A DNA stretch of 63,997 nt, filler included, from Candidatus Hydrogenedentota bacterium (GTDB lineage: Bacteria; JBFMHD01), in the NCBI GenBank assembly GCA_040752395.1. It is 7 parts of 7 records of this genome, joined end to end, with 100 filler letters (N's around TTAATTAATTAA, not from the genome) between each part and the next. Parts side by side here need not be neighbours in the genome. Positions count along the whole stretch, not along the records: positions 7,489 to 29,340 come from JBFMHD010000014.1; 6 more parts are not named here. One strand, written 5' to 3'. The position numbers were made by a program, and so were the translations under genes. The first letter of the stretch is position 1, and each line of letters starts with the position of its first letter. Below, piece by piece: positions 11,574-20,209 of this stretch. The notes under the pieces are model-generated. The model made no database searches. It saw only the letters and a list, made by a program, of their open reading frames with translations, and was not told where the DNA came from.

Positions 11574-12663
11574 AAGTTCTTACAGTATTAATAAATTGAG
11601 AGAAGATATATTTAGCGTCATTTGGGCCGGGACAAGCTTCAGGGTGATACTGTAACGAGAACACAGGTAAATCTTTGTGTTTCATCCCTTCAACCGTACT
11701 ATCGTTTAAGTTTATATGAGTGATTACTACTTTATCTTTGACTGAGTTATAATCGACAGCGAACCCATGATTTTGGGCAGTAATCTCAACTTTATTGGTA
11801 AGTAGATTTTTTACAGGCTGATTACCGCCCCGATGCCCGAATTTTAATTTAAACGTTTTACCAGAAAGCGCAAGACACAATATCTGATGGCCCAGGCAGA
11901 TACCAAGTGTCGGGTATCTCAGTAAAACTTTTTTTGATAGTTCAATAACATCGTTTATAGGTTCCGGGTCACCTGGTCCGTTTGAAAATACAACACCATC
12001 AGGATTAATTTCGTTCAGTCGTTTCGGAGTAATATTTTTAGGAAGCACTGATACTTTAGCGTTATGATTTTTCAAATTTTCAAGTATCCCTTTTTTTACG
12101 CCGCAATCGATTACAACTATCCTGACATCACCAGTTGAGGAGTATTCATATTCTTTTTTAGTAGTTACTTCAGTTGATAAATCAATACCGACAATGTCTC
12201 TTGCTTTTTGAGCTAATTCTATTGCTTCTTCTTCAGTGCCAATTTCGGTTGATATGCATCCCTTCATTGCACCACGCGAGCGAATATAACGAGTAAGAGT
12301 TCTTGTATCAACTTGCTTGAGGCCAACAACCTTATTTTCTTTTAAATAATCATTGAGTGAGATTTTGCTTCTATAATTTGATGGTATTCTTGACTCGTTA
12401 TGTATAATAAAACCAGCGACTTGTGGTTTGGGTGATTGTTCATCAGCTAAAGTAATACCATAATTACCCACTTCACTAACAGTCATAGTTACAATCTGAT
12501 AATAATATGAGGGGTCGGTCAAAATCTCTTCATAACCAGTAATAGATGTATTAAAGACCACTTCGCCAGTTGAAGTGCCATTATAACCGAACGCGGAGCC
12601 GTGTAATACAAATCCGTCAGAAAGCGCAATGATGCCTTTCATAGCTGGGATGCTCCTATACAA
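11557..12663 (-). CDS. carA: Carbamoyl-phosphate synthase small subunit
   Basis: [27 protein letters not shown]. Confidence 0.97.
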   Translation of the reverse strand: MYRSIPAMKGIIALSDGFVLHGSAFGYNGTSTGEVVFNTSITGYEEILTDPSYYYQIVTMTVSEVGNYGITLADEQSPKPQVAGFIIHNESRIPSNYRSKISLNDYLKENKVVGLKQVDTRTLTRYIRSRGAMKGCISTEIGTEEEAIELAQKARDIVGIDLSTEVTTKKEYEYSSTGDVRIVVIDCGVKKGILENLKNHNAKVSVLPKNITPKRLNEINPDGVVFSNGPGDPEPINDVIELSKKVLLRYPTLGICLGHQILCLALSGKTFKLKFGHRGGNQPVKNLLTNKVEITAQNHGFAVDYNSVKDKVVITHINLNDSTVEGMKHKDLPVFSLQYHPEACPGPNDAKYIFSQFINTVRTYAKKK

Positions 12664-12745
12664 CGCACCAATAAGTTACTTTTAATATCAAGTTAAAAGA
12701 AACTATAAAGACGACTATTTAATGTCAAGAATTGAAATTAAAAAA

Positions 12746-13084
12746 TCATGCGTAAGTGTCTATGTTTAAACCAACAAGAATAACACCAGCAGTTGAAGTG
12801 GAAGTATTTACTGATCTCACTGTAGTTTGTCCGCCTCTTGTTACAGGTATACCATTTTCTATACCACGATTGTATTTTATTTGAGCCTGGATTACCTGCC
12901 CCCCTTGTTCCATAGCATCAGCTTTTAATCTATTTATATTCCTTCTCTCCTGTGCTGTGACCTGTAAAGTAGATTGTGATGGTGTACTCGAGCGAAGCAT
13001 CCCTGGTTCGCCTGGGTCTAATTTGAAATACATTCTATTCTGAGCGATACCATTAATACTAGCTACCATAGTAAACTCCCACAT
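12746..13084 (-). CDS. Hypothetical protein downstream of fliD
   Basis: 112-aa ORF with natural composition; C-terminal GLNIDTYA. Confidence 0.6.
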   Translation of the reverse strand: MWEFTMVASINGIAQNRMYFKLDPGEPGMLRSSTPSQSTLQVTAQERRNINRLKADAMEQGGQVIQAQIKYNRGIENGIPVTRGGQTTVRSVNTSTSTAGVILVGLNIDTYA

Positions 13085-13227
13085 CTATCCAACCGCTACC
13101 CTGGTATTGGTGTAGCGGTATGCATAAGTGGAATATAAACTTTATTATAATTTAATTTTAAAATTTATCAAGGGTAATTTTTAAAATTTTGTAATGCCTC
13201 GGTTATTGGTGCGGTAGAATTTACTTA

Positions 13228-13288
13228 AGAGGCAAGAAGTCTGACTCCTGACTCCTAACCCGAATAAATCGGAAAAGAAATATTATCT
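13228..13288 (-). repeat. Short copy of the modular repeat
   Basis: CCCGAATAAATCGGAAAAGAAATATT is the reverse complement of 57440-57466; GACTCCT units. Confidence 0.7.
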
Positions 13289-13301
13289 CATTGGTAAGGT
13301 A

Positions 13302-15113
13302 CTAATATTTTGTTGCGGTGAGACCTGCTAATTGGGACGAGACATAAAGACTTATATTCTGAAGTTGAGCTACTGCTGTTTCCATAGCAGTGAATTGTCG
13401 TCTATAATTTGCTTCACGCATATCAAGTATCTCTTCGAAATCAGTTATCTGGTCATTTAAATCATCAATGAGTTCTTCATAATATTCTTCCTGTGAATCT
13501 ATAACACCATCTACACCGATTAAATTATCAAGAAGATTATCCATATCGACTGCGATACCGGTATCTTTGATACTATCGTTATTCGAATCAAACGTGAATA
13601 AATTTTTAACGCCATCCGGGTCTCTCTCAAGCGCCTCGGTTAACGCTGTCTCATCAATCACGATCAGGCCTTCTTGACTTGTATTTATCTCGCCTATGGT
13701 GAAAGCAGCAGTTCCATCATCCCCGGTTACTTGAAATAAAGATTTAAAAGTCATCTCAGTATAATCGTAGAGAGTGGTAACAGTATCATATAGCTGATTC
13801 ATCATACTATTTGCGGTAAAATTACCCTGCAGGTCACCTGCTTCTTCAGTTATAGAATTATATTGTGTTAAACTCTGCATCAAACTAATCACACTGTTAT
13901 ATTGATCAACAAACGATTTTATATCATCTAACGCAGCTTGTGTATCTTTATCAATAGTGAGAGTTATCTCAGTTGCGCCAGCATCAGCTTTAAGCAGATT
14001 TAACGTAACACCGCTAATAACATCGTCAATCCCCGTATTTTTATCACGCGTAACCGGTACACTATTAACAGTGAACGAGGCATCGGTATCAGCCTGCAAC
14101 ACACCACCCTGCGTTTGATCTGATGCAAATTCATTATTTATTGTTGAAGAATCAGCATTGTCTTCAATAAGAATATCTAATTGGTCAAGAATACCTGTAT
14201 TCGTTAAAGGGCTATTATCAATAAACTGTAATCCATTTGATGCGCCAACCTTATCACTCGCGATGACCAGTCGGTTATTTAGAATCGAAGCTGTGAATGT
14301 TTTTCCCGAAACACTATTTATTGCGTTTGCTATACCTGAAAACGATATATCACCGTTTAGAAACACCTCAAAATAGCTCGCATCTGCTTCTGTTTTTATT
14401 TGGAAAACCCTGTCGCTTTTACCGGTAGTACCACCAAGCCCTAATGTATTTACATCAGAGTTTTCTGTAATTTTTATTGATTTGTTCTGATCAGTAACAT
14501 CAACAACAAAATATTGATTCCCTGCGCCGCCATCGTTATAGCTTACAGTAACATTTGAAAAAGCGGTCTCAATAGCAGTTTCAATATCTCCAGCAGTTAC
14601 AGCTGCACTTACATCTATTGTTTTGGTTGTATTTCCAACAGTCATAGTTAATGAGGTAGTACTAACACCTGCACCACCGTTAAAATTAGCAAGCGGCGTA
14701 GTTGCGTCGAATACACCAGCTGGATTAAGGTTAACATCATTTCCGTTTATTTGAGCATTAAAGTTAGCTACGTTATTTGTCTGCTCGGATATCACTGTAT
14801 GTTGTGCGGCAAGTGTGTTGATTTTTATTTTATAAGTTGCGGATTGTGCAGAAGAGCTTGCTGATGCCGTTAGAAAACTTGTGTCAGATGACGTTGCAGA
14901 CATTTGACCAAACGAAGTGCCATTTATTAAATCTGTTAACGTACCCTGGAGATTAGTGAGCCGAGTATTAATGTCTCTGAACGCATCAAGCTGTAATTGA
15001 TAAGTATTTATCTCGTTCTGCCATAAAGTTATTGGTCTGCTCTCAATTGCTATTAATTGGTCGATAAGATTATCAATATCTATTCCACTTGCTAAACCAG
15101 TTATGTGTACCAT
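13302..15113 (-). CDS. fliD: Flagellar filament cap protein
   Basis: N-terminal ITGLASGID...I.QLIAIE; C-terminal Y.RQFTAME.A; ATG 15113 preceded by GGAGG. Confidence 0.93.
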   Translation of the reverse strand: MVHITGLASGIDIDNLIDQLIAIESRPITLWQNEINTYQLQLDAFRDINTRLTNLQGTLTDLINGTSFGQMSATSSDTSFLTASASSSAQSATYKIKINTLAAQHTVISEQTNNVANFNAQINGNDVNLNPAGVFDATTPLANFNGGAGVSTTSLTMTVGNTTKTIDVSAAVTAGDIETAIETAFSNVTVSYNDGGAGNQYFVVDVTDQNKSIKITENSDVNTLGLGGTTGKSDRVFQIKTEADASYFEVFLNGDISFSGIANAINSVSGKTFTASILNNRLVIASDKVGASNGLQFIDNSPLTNTGILDQLDILIEDNADSSTINNEFASDQTQGGVLQADTDASFTVNSVPVTRDKNTGIDDVISGVTLNLLKADAGATEITLTIDKDTQAALDDIKSFVDQYNSVISLMQSLTQYNSITEEAGDLQGNFTANSMMNQLYDTVTTLYDYTEMTFKSLFQVTGDDGTAAFTIGEINTSQEGLIVIDETALTEALERDPDGVKNLFTFDSNNDSIKDTGIAVDMDNLLDNLIGVDGVIDSQEEYYEELIDDLNDQITDFEEILDMREANYRRQFTAMETAVAQLQNISLYVSSQLAGLTATKY

Positions 15114-15193
15114 AAAATTACCCTCCTTGGCTTTACATTCCCTGAGATTCATCAGGGAAGAGTGGTTTTGTGGGGAGACCCCTCCTATGAATT

Positions 15194-15221
15194 ATATCGG
15201 CATATCCTATAATATACTTTA
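15194..15221 (-). promoter_or_regulatory. Sigma-28 (FliA/SigD)-type promoter of fliD
   Basis: Minus strand reads TAAA-N16-GCCGATAT, matching the SigD consensus. Confidence 0.85.
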
Positions 15222-15273
15222 GCACATTTTTAGCAAAAAATCAAGTAAATTTTCGCTATTTTTTAACTTAAAA
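15218..15273 (+). repeat. Imperfect direct repeat, copy 1, flanking hicBA
   Basis: TTTAGCAcATTTTTAGCAAAAAATCAAGTAAATTTT...TTTTTTAAC; copy 2 starts at 15827. Confidence 0.85.
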
Positions 15274-15276
15274 TTA

Positions 15277-15522
15277 TTACAATTGAGCAAGTAAATCAAA
15301 GTATCTTTGCCTGCTAATACCTGCTGTTGTTAAGTTTGTTCGAATATGTGCTACTGGTACCTGTTTGTGTCCACATTTTATAACAACTGGTCTTTTTACT
15401 CCGGGTTTTGTCATACTGATATGATCACCTTTACGATTTGAAATATTAAACCCTTCCAGCTCAAATATCTTTATGAGTTTGCGATAATCTAAAGGGACTA
15501 TTCTTTGTTCATTAAACGGCAT
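15277..15522 (-). CDS. hicA: HicA-family toxin
   Basis: LIKIFELEGF...RKGDHISMTKPG..RPVVI pattern; 81 aa. Confidence 0.8.
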   Translation of the reverse strand: MPFNEQRIVPLDYRKLIKIFELEGFNISNRKGDHISMTKPGVKRPVVIKCGHKQVPVAHIRTNLTTAGISRQRYFDLLAQL

Positions 15523-15796
15523 AAGATAATTCGACTGGTAAAAATTCTATATCAATTGGTTGTGGGGAAACCCATTGCGGAACTGGTTTCTGGATATATG
15601 TAAATCCTGCTTCTTCTAAGACAGTAACTAATGTTCCCATTTTTTCACATTCTTCAAGAAATAAATCTACAGCTTCTTTTAATGACTTTTTTGCTTCTTC
15701 TATGCTGCTACCAAAACTTGAAATGTTTAATTCCGGGCATAAACTAATGTATTCATCTCCTTCTTTAAAAATTTCCATTCTGATTAAAATCTGCAT
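15512..15796 (-). CDS. hicB: HicB-family antitoxin (short, no DNA-binding domain evident)
   Basis: Y.SLCPELNISSFGSSIEEAKKSLKEAV.LFLE. Confidence 0.82.
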   Translation of the reverse strand: MQILIRMEIFKEGDEYISLCPELNISSFGSSIEEAKKSLKEAVDLFLEECEKMGTLVTVLEEAGFTYIQKPVPQWVSPQPIDIEFLPVELSYAV

Positions 15797-15826
15797 TTTG
15801 TAACCTCTTTATTATTAATTATAACA

Positions 15827-15883
15827 TTTAGCAGATTTTTAGCAAAAAATCAAGTAAATTTTATTGATTTTTTTAACATAAAT
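15827..15883 (+). repeat. Imperfect direct repeat, copy 2, flanking hicBA
   Basis: TTTAGCAgATTTTTAGCAAAAAATCAAGTAAATTTT...TTTTTTAAC. Confidence 0.85.
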
Positions 15884-15999
15884 ATTTAGCATATAACTCA
15901 ATGGATACAAAGTTATTTTTGCCGGTAATAGATGTAAATAAATTTATCAAATGGTCAAGGCCTGGCCTGGCTTCTCTGTCAGACAGAATAGCTCTATTA

Positions 16000-16191
16000 C
16001 TACTCAACGAAATAAAGTGTTAAAAATGATTGGATTATAATGTAACATAAAAGAAAAAGCGATATAATCTTTATAATAAGCTGGACCTTTTTATTTAGAT
16101 TTTTATCTGAGACCCTGTAGTCTTTAAAAAAGATTACTGTTTCATAGATAATTAAAAACAAGAGTAAAAACAAAGCTATTAATAGTTTCAT
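16000..16191 (-). CDS. Small two-TM membrane protein
   Basis: ATG 16191 with GGAGG SD; two hydrophobic helices. Confidence 0.55.
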   Translation of the reverse strand: MKLLIALFLLLFLIIYETVIFFKDYRVSDKNLNKKVQLIIKIISLFLLCYIIIQSFLTLYFVE

Positions 16192-16219
16192 ACTAATCCC
16201 TCCAAAAATTGTTAACATA

Positions 16220-17485
16220 TTACAATGACCCCCTTCTAATATCATCGAGTAATTCTCTGGCTATATTTATAGTTTCGGTCTCTAACTCTTTTTTTGGTTC
16301 CCCTGTTCTTAGTTTATCTTGAGTATAGACTCTTTCTTTAAGTTCTCTTATCTTTTCTAATATATAATCTTTGTCTTCCACAGCGCCTTTTGATAAGAGC
16401 ATTAATATAACAACAACAGAATAGATTAGAACCGCCTGGATTATAACAAATATAGCATATATTAAAGTAAGTTCTTTAACTAAAATAGCACCTATACAAA
16501 CTAATGCAGTGATAAGATAAAGGAATAAAACAGTGCTTGTATCAGAAAGCCCGATGCTTTTTACTCTGTGATGAAAATGGTCCAGTCCGGTATATTCAAT
16601 CCACTCTTTTATATTTGTCACATCGCCTCTGTAAACCCTTGCAACTGTAATATAAATCATATCAAATATAAGTGGGCTTAAAACCATTAATGGTATGCAA
16701 AACGAAACTATCGGGTCTTGATTACTCCAGGTACCGTAGACAGCTAAAGCTGCGAGTAAAAACCCTAAAAAATTACTGCCACCATCACCCATAAATATCG
16801 AGGCAGGATGAAAATTGAAATATAAAAAGCCAAGAGAGCTGCCAGCGATCGCTAATGAAATGAAACTTAATGCTGGTTCATTTGTATCTAAACTTATTAT
16901 AAAAAAAGTTATTGAAGATATAAAAGCAAGCCCAGCCGCTAATCCATCCATGCCATCAAAAAAATTAAACGCATTCGTTATACCGATAAGCCAGATTACA
17001 GTGATTACAATCTCACCGATATCGCCCCATAAACCCGCTGGTAAAAAACTTAATCTTATCCCTGAATAAATAATAAAACTTGACGCTAATATCTGGACAA
17101 ATAACCTGAGCTTTGCTGAAACATCCATTATATCATCCAATATTCCAATTACTAAAAGCATTGTAGCAGCAAGGAATATTCTTCTTACTCCAAGTGATAA
17201 CTCATAATTCCAGAGTACAGCAAGGATCACACCTGCCCAAATAGCAACACCGCCAAGTAAAGGCATTGCGGAACTATGTATTTTTCGTGAGTTTGGTTCA
17301 TCGACTATTTTAAGTTCTTTTGCTATCCTTGACATTATAGGTGTTGCTAAAAAAGAGACTATAAATGAGAGTATAAATACATAGATAAATTCAGAGATAT
17401 TTTCATAAAATATTTTTTTTACATCTGGATGAATTATAACGAAAAATAGTATTAAGAAAATCGGCCAGAGAACCTTTAAAATCAT
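16220..17485 (-). CDS. WecA/TagO-type polyprenyl-phosphate GlcNAc-1-P transferase (MraY family)
   Basis: DEPNSRKIH, P.LGG, GILDD, NAFNFFDGMDGLA, FMGDGGS, DHFHH. Confidence 0.9.
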   Translation of the reverse strand: MILKVLWPIFLILFFVIIHPDVKKIFYENISEFIYVFILSFIVSFLATPIMSRIAKELKIVDEPNSRKIHSSAMPLLGGVAIWAGVILAVLWNYELSLGVRRIFLAATMLLVIGILDDIMDVSAKLRLFVQILASSFIIYSGIRLSFLPAGLWGDIGEIVITVIWLIGITNAFNFFDGMDGLAAGLAFISSITFFIISLDTNEPALSFISLAIAGSSLGFLYFNFHPASIFMGDGGSNFLGFLLAALAVYGTWSNQDPIVSFCIPLMVLSPLIFDMIYITVARVYRGDVTNIKEWIEYTGLDHFHHRVKSIGLSDTSTVLFLYLITALVCIGAILVKELTLIYAIFVIIQAVLIYSVVVILMLLSKGAVEDKDYILEKIRELKERVYTQDKLRTGEPKKELETETINIARELLDDIRRGSL

Positions 17486-17489
17486 CGTT

Positions 17490-18119
17490 CTAAATCTTAA
17501 GAAAATATCTTAAAGCTAAAAATCCTTCGGCATACTTTTTTCTTGCCTGGAACCCCCGATATATAGCTATAGCTTTTATACTCTCTTTTAGATCATATAA
17601 TGTAGGATAGAAATCCTGTTTTATCTGGGTTCTGTGAAATGATATTAATTTCTCCTTTTTTTCAATTATAGAAGTGATGTCAACAAAAATATTGGGTTTA
17701 AAATTAATGGTGGTATAATCCTCATAAAATAAGAGTGAATCTATCTGTCTTGCTGAAGCCATAGCTATCTGGGCACAGGCTCTGTGGTCCTGGTGAGTAT
17801 CATCATAATAATTCACAAAAATTATCTCTGGTTTAATCTTTTTAACAAAACTATCAACGAATGCGATGGTATTATTGCTAACTACAAGTTTAGTATCTTT
17901 TATTTTCCCTAAGATGACATCATCAGCATTAAGATATTTAGCAGCTTCTAATTGTTCTCTTCTTCTTGTTCTTGGGTTTCCGCCCCTACTCCCATCAGTC
18001 AATATAAGTAAATAAACTTTATAACCTTTTTCTCTGTACTTAATGAGCGTCCCGCCACAACCATATTCAATATCATCCGGGTGAGCACCTATTGCAAGTA
18101 TCTTTTTATCGGTTGACAT
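17490..18119 (-). CDS. PIG-L/LmbE-family deacetylase
   Basis: AHPDDIE, HQDH, YAEGF; start set at ATG 18119 because the longer ORF runs into repeat DNA. Confidence 0.88.
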   Translation of the reverse strand: MSTDKKILAIGAHPDDIEYGCGGTLIKYREKGYKVYLLILTDGSRGGNPRTRRREQLEAAKYLNADDVILGKIKDTKLVVSNNTIAFVDSFVKKIKPEIIFVNYYDDTHQDHRACAQIAMASARQIDSLLFYEDYTTINFKPNIFVDITSIIEKKEKLISFHRTQIKQDFYPTLYDLKESIKAIAIYRGFQARKKYAEGFLALRYFLKI

Positions 18120-18240
18120 AATCCTCTCTGTATCTTTAACGCAATCTTCACAGCAGAATATACAGCAATCCGGGAATTTTGACAAGTAAAATTTTAGAGA
18201 GCTCTGAAAAACTTTATTTTTTAAAAATAGGTCTAAAAAA

Positions 18241-18310
18241 CGGGTCTTGTGACTCTCACTACTTCTTCGGAGTTCGGAGAAGTGTCTCACGTTTCAGGGG
18301 AGCAGTATAT
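18241..18310 (+). repeat. Modular repeat block followed by an IS-like terminal repeat
   Basis: CGGGTCTTGTGAC.CTCACTACTTCTTCGGAGTTCGGAG shared with 24976 and 63766; AAGTGTCTCACGTTTCAGGGGAGCAGTATA is the reverse complement of 60640-60669. Confidence 0.85.
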
Positions 18311-18378
18311 TGTCATTCTCCAGCTTGACCGTGAAATCCAGTAAAAGCGTATGGATTCCCGCTTTCGCGGGAATGACA
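18311..18378. repeat. dRS3/REP-like palindromic element
   Basis: TGTCATTC...GAATGACA ends; internal ATTCCC-N8-GGGAAT; ATCCA/TGGAT pairing. Confidence 0.7.
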
Positions 18379-18421
18379 TAAAAAAATCTACGGTCAGAAA
18401 TTAATGTCCCAATGTATTAGT

Positions 18422-18590
18422 TATGCGGAAGTAAAAACAGGAGTCAGCGGAGCGGTGGTCAAGCATGTTGACGAAACCGGCTGGTTTGAAAAGAATCGGT
18501 TATGCTGATTATGGCCGGCGACGACTAAAACTGCCGTATGCTTTTAAATCCAGGTCTCTCGGAGTCGTAAAGGACTGAGGAGGTTTTTTT
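18422..18590 (+). pseudogene. Degenerate IS66-family transposase fragment
   Basis: Translates YAEVKTGVSGAVVKHVDETGWFEKNRLC*LWPATTKTAVCF*IQVSRSRKGL; HxDETGW...WLW...SRS is the IS66 TnpC pattern; two in-frame stops. Confidence 0.75.
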
Positions 18591-18596
18591 TTATTC

Positions 18597-20030
18597 TTAT
18601 CTTTTTCTTTTTTTCTTCTTTTTGATATAGTCAAGACGAACGGAAATAGATAGACCATGTTGATTATATAAGCCTTCAGCCATAGACAAATTTCTAATTG
18701 ACTTATTTAATAATGGCATCATATTGGCGTTGGCTTGTAATAATGATGTCTTTTTCAGAAACATATCAATATTGATACCCGATGTATATCTTGCAGAACC
18801 GCCTGTTGGCAAAATGTGATTTGGGCAAATGTAATCACTAATTGCTACTGGACTATATTTCCCCACACAAATTGTTCCTGCATTTTTAATCTTATCAATC
18901 CACTTTCTTGGATTTTTAGTCATAATCTCCAGATGTTCAGGTGCGAAATCATTCGAAAAATATATTGCGTCTAATATATTATCTACTATAATAATTGCTC
19001 CATAATTCGATAACGATTTAGTTGTAATTTCCCTCAAATCATTCTCATAGTTTTCTTCTAACAAAATATCTTTTATCCGTTTTCTAACATCATTCGCTAA
19101 TTTTTTAGAGTCAGTCAATAAAATAGCAGAGGCATTTTCATCATGTTGTGCTTGTGATACCATATCTCTTGCCACAAAATTACTATCAACAGTTTTATCT
19201 GCAATGATCATAATTTCACTTGGACCAGCAATAAAATCTATTGCACAAATCCCATTACTTGCAACAAATGCTTTTGCAGCAGTAACAAATATGTTACCTG
19301 GTCCAAATATTTTATCAACTTTTGGAACACTTTTTGTCCCGCAGGCCAGAGCAGCAATTGCTTGTGCTCCACCTGCTCTTACAATTAAATCTGCTCCTGC
19401 CAGATCAGCAGCAACTATTATTTTATGGTCAATATCTCCACCCCGACTCGGAGGAGACGCAACGATTATCTCTTTAACGCCAGCGACTTTAGCAGGCGTA
19501 ACTCCCATTAATGCCGTAGTAAATAATATTGCATTACCACCCGGCACATAAACTCCTATTCGATTCAATGGATTGTATATTTGTCCAACAACTAATTTCT
19601 GATATTTTTCTTTCCAATCCTTAGCTTTAACACTTTTTTCCCACGATTTAAGATTACCTACATTCTGCATTTTTTCTTGTTCGTGATATGCTTTTATAAG
19701 ATCAATAGAACTCTGCATATTTTTGATAAGTTCTTTATCCTCACTTTCTACTTTTTTGTACGCATCTTTTATCTCAGTTTTTTTAACAGTAATCTTTGAT
19801 GACAATATTTTAACTCCATCATATTTTTCCGTATATTTCATCAAAGCTTTATCACCATCTCTTTGTATACTTGATATAATAGAAGATATTAAAGGCATAA
19901 TTTCCTCTATTCTCTTGCTTGATCTGGATATTATTTTAGCCCTTCGTTCTTTTTTCATAGTAGTTAGATTCTCAATTTTAAGAAAATTATTACTCTTAAC
20001 CACTTTGGTAATCACATTAATATCTTTCAT
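18597..20030 (-). CDS. hisD: Histidinol dehydrogenase
   Basis: GVYVPGG, GGAQAIAALA.GT, GPGN, AGPSE, APEHLE, NHILPTGG; ATG 20030 with GAGG SD. Confidence 0.88.
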   Translation of the reverse strand: MKDINVITKVVKSNNFLKIENLTTMKKERRAKIISRSSKRIEEIMPLISSIISSIQRDGDKALMKYTEKYDGVKILSSKITVKKTEIKDAYKKVESEDKELIKNMQSSIDLIKAYHEQEKMQNVGNLKSWEKSVKAKDWKEKYQKLVVGQIYNPLNRIGVYVPGGNAILFTTALMGVTPAKVAGVKEIIVASPPSRGGDIDHKIIVAADLAGADLIVRAGGAQAIAALACGTKSVPKVDKIFGPGNIFVTAAKAFVASNGICAIDFIAGPSEIMIIADKTVDSNFVARDMVSQAQHDENASAILLTDSKKLANDVRKRIKDILLEENYENDLREITTKSLSNYGAIIIVDNILDAIYFSNDFAPEHLEIMTKNPRKWIDKIKNAGTICVGKYSPVAISDYICPNHILPTGGSARYTSGINIDMFLKKTSLLQANANMMPLLNKSIRNLSMAEGLYNQHGLSISVRLDYIKKKKKRKR

Positions 20031-20070
20031 AAATATACCTCTCATTAGTAATGAAGATTCAATAAGAATC

Positions 20071-20106
20071 TCCTCTGAAAAACGCTGTAACTCTAATAAT
20101 TCGGGG
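20071..20106 (-). repeat. Isolated terminal module of the modular repeat
   Basis: CTCTGAAAAACGCTGTAACTCTAATAAT identical to 25050-25077. Confidence 0.85.
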
Positions 20107-20209
20107 TACGATAAAGGTCAATAGAGCAGAATCTATCACCGATGTCTTAGATGCAAACCGACGAGGCTGAAAGGGAGTATTCGTAATAGAGGTAATCCAT
20201 CTGGCATTA

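Noticed and set aside
18440-18592. Possible hammerhead ribozyme, riboswitch or terminator (GACGAAAC, CTGAGGAG, T-run)
   Set aside because: Core elements are not in the required order and pairing; better explained as an IS66 coding relic
20107-20208. Possible glmS-like or other leader RNA upstream of hisD
   Set aside because: Only a GACGAGG word on the non-coding strand; no supporting stems and no His-codon leader peptide
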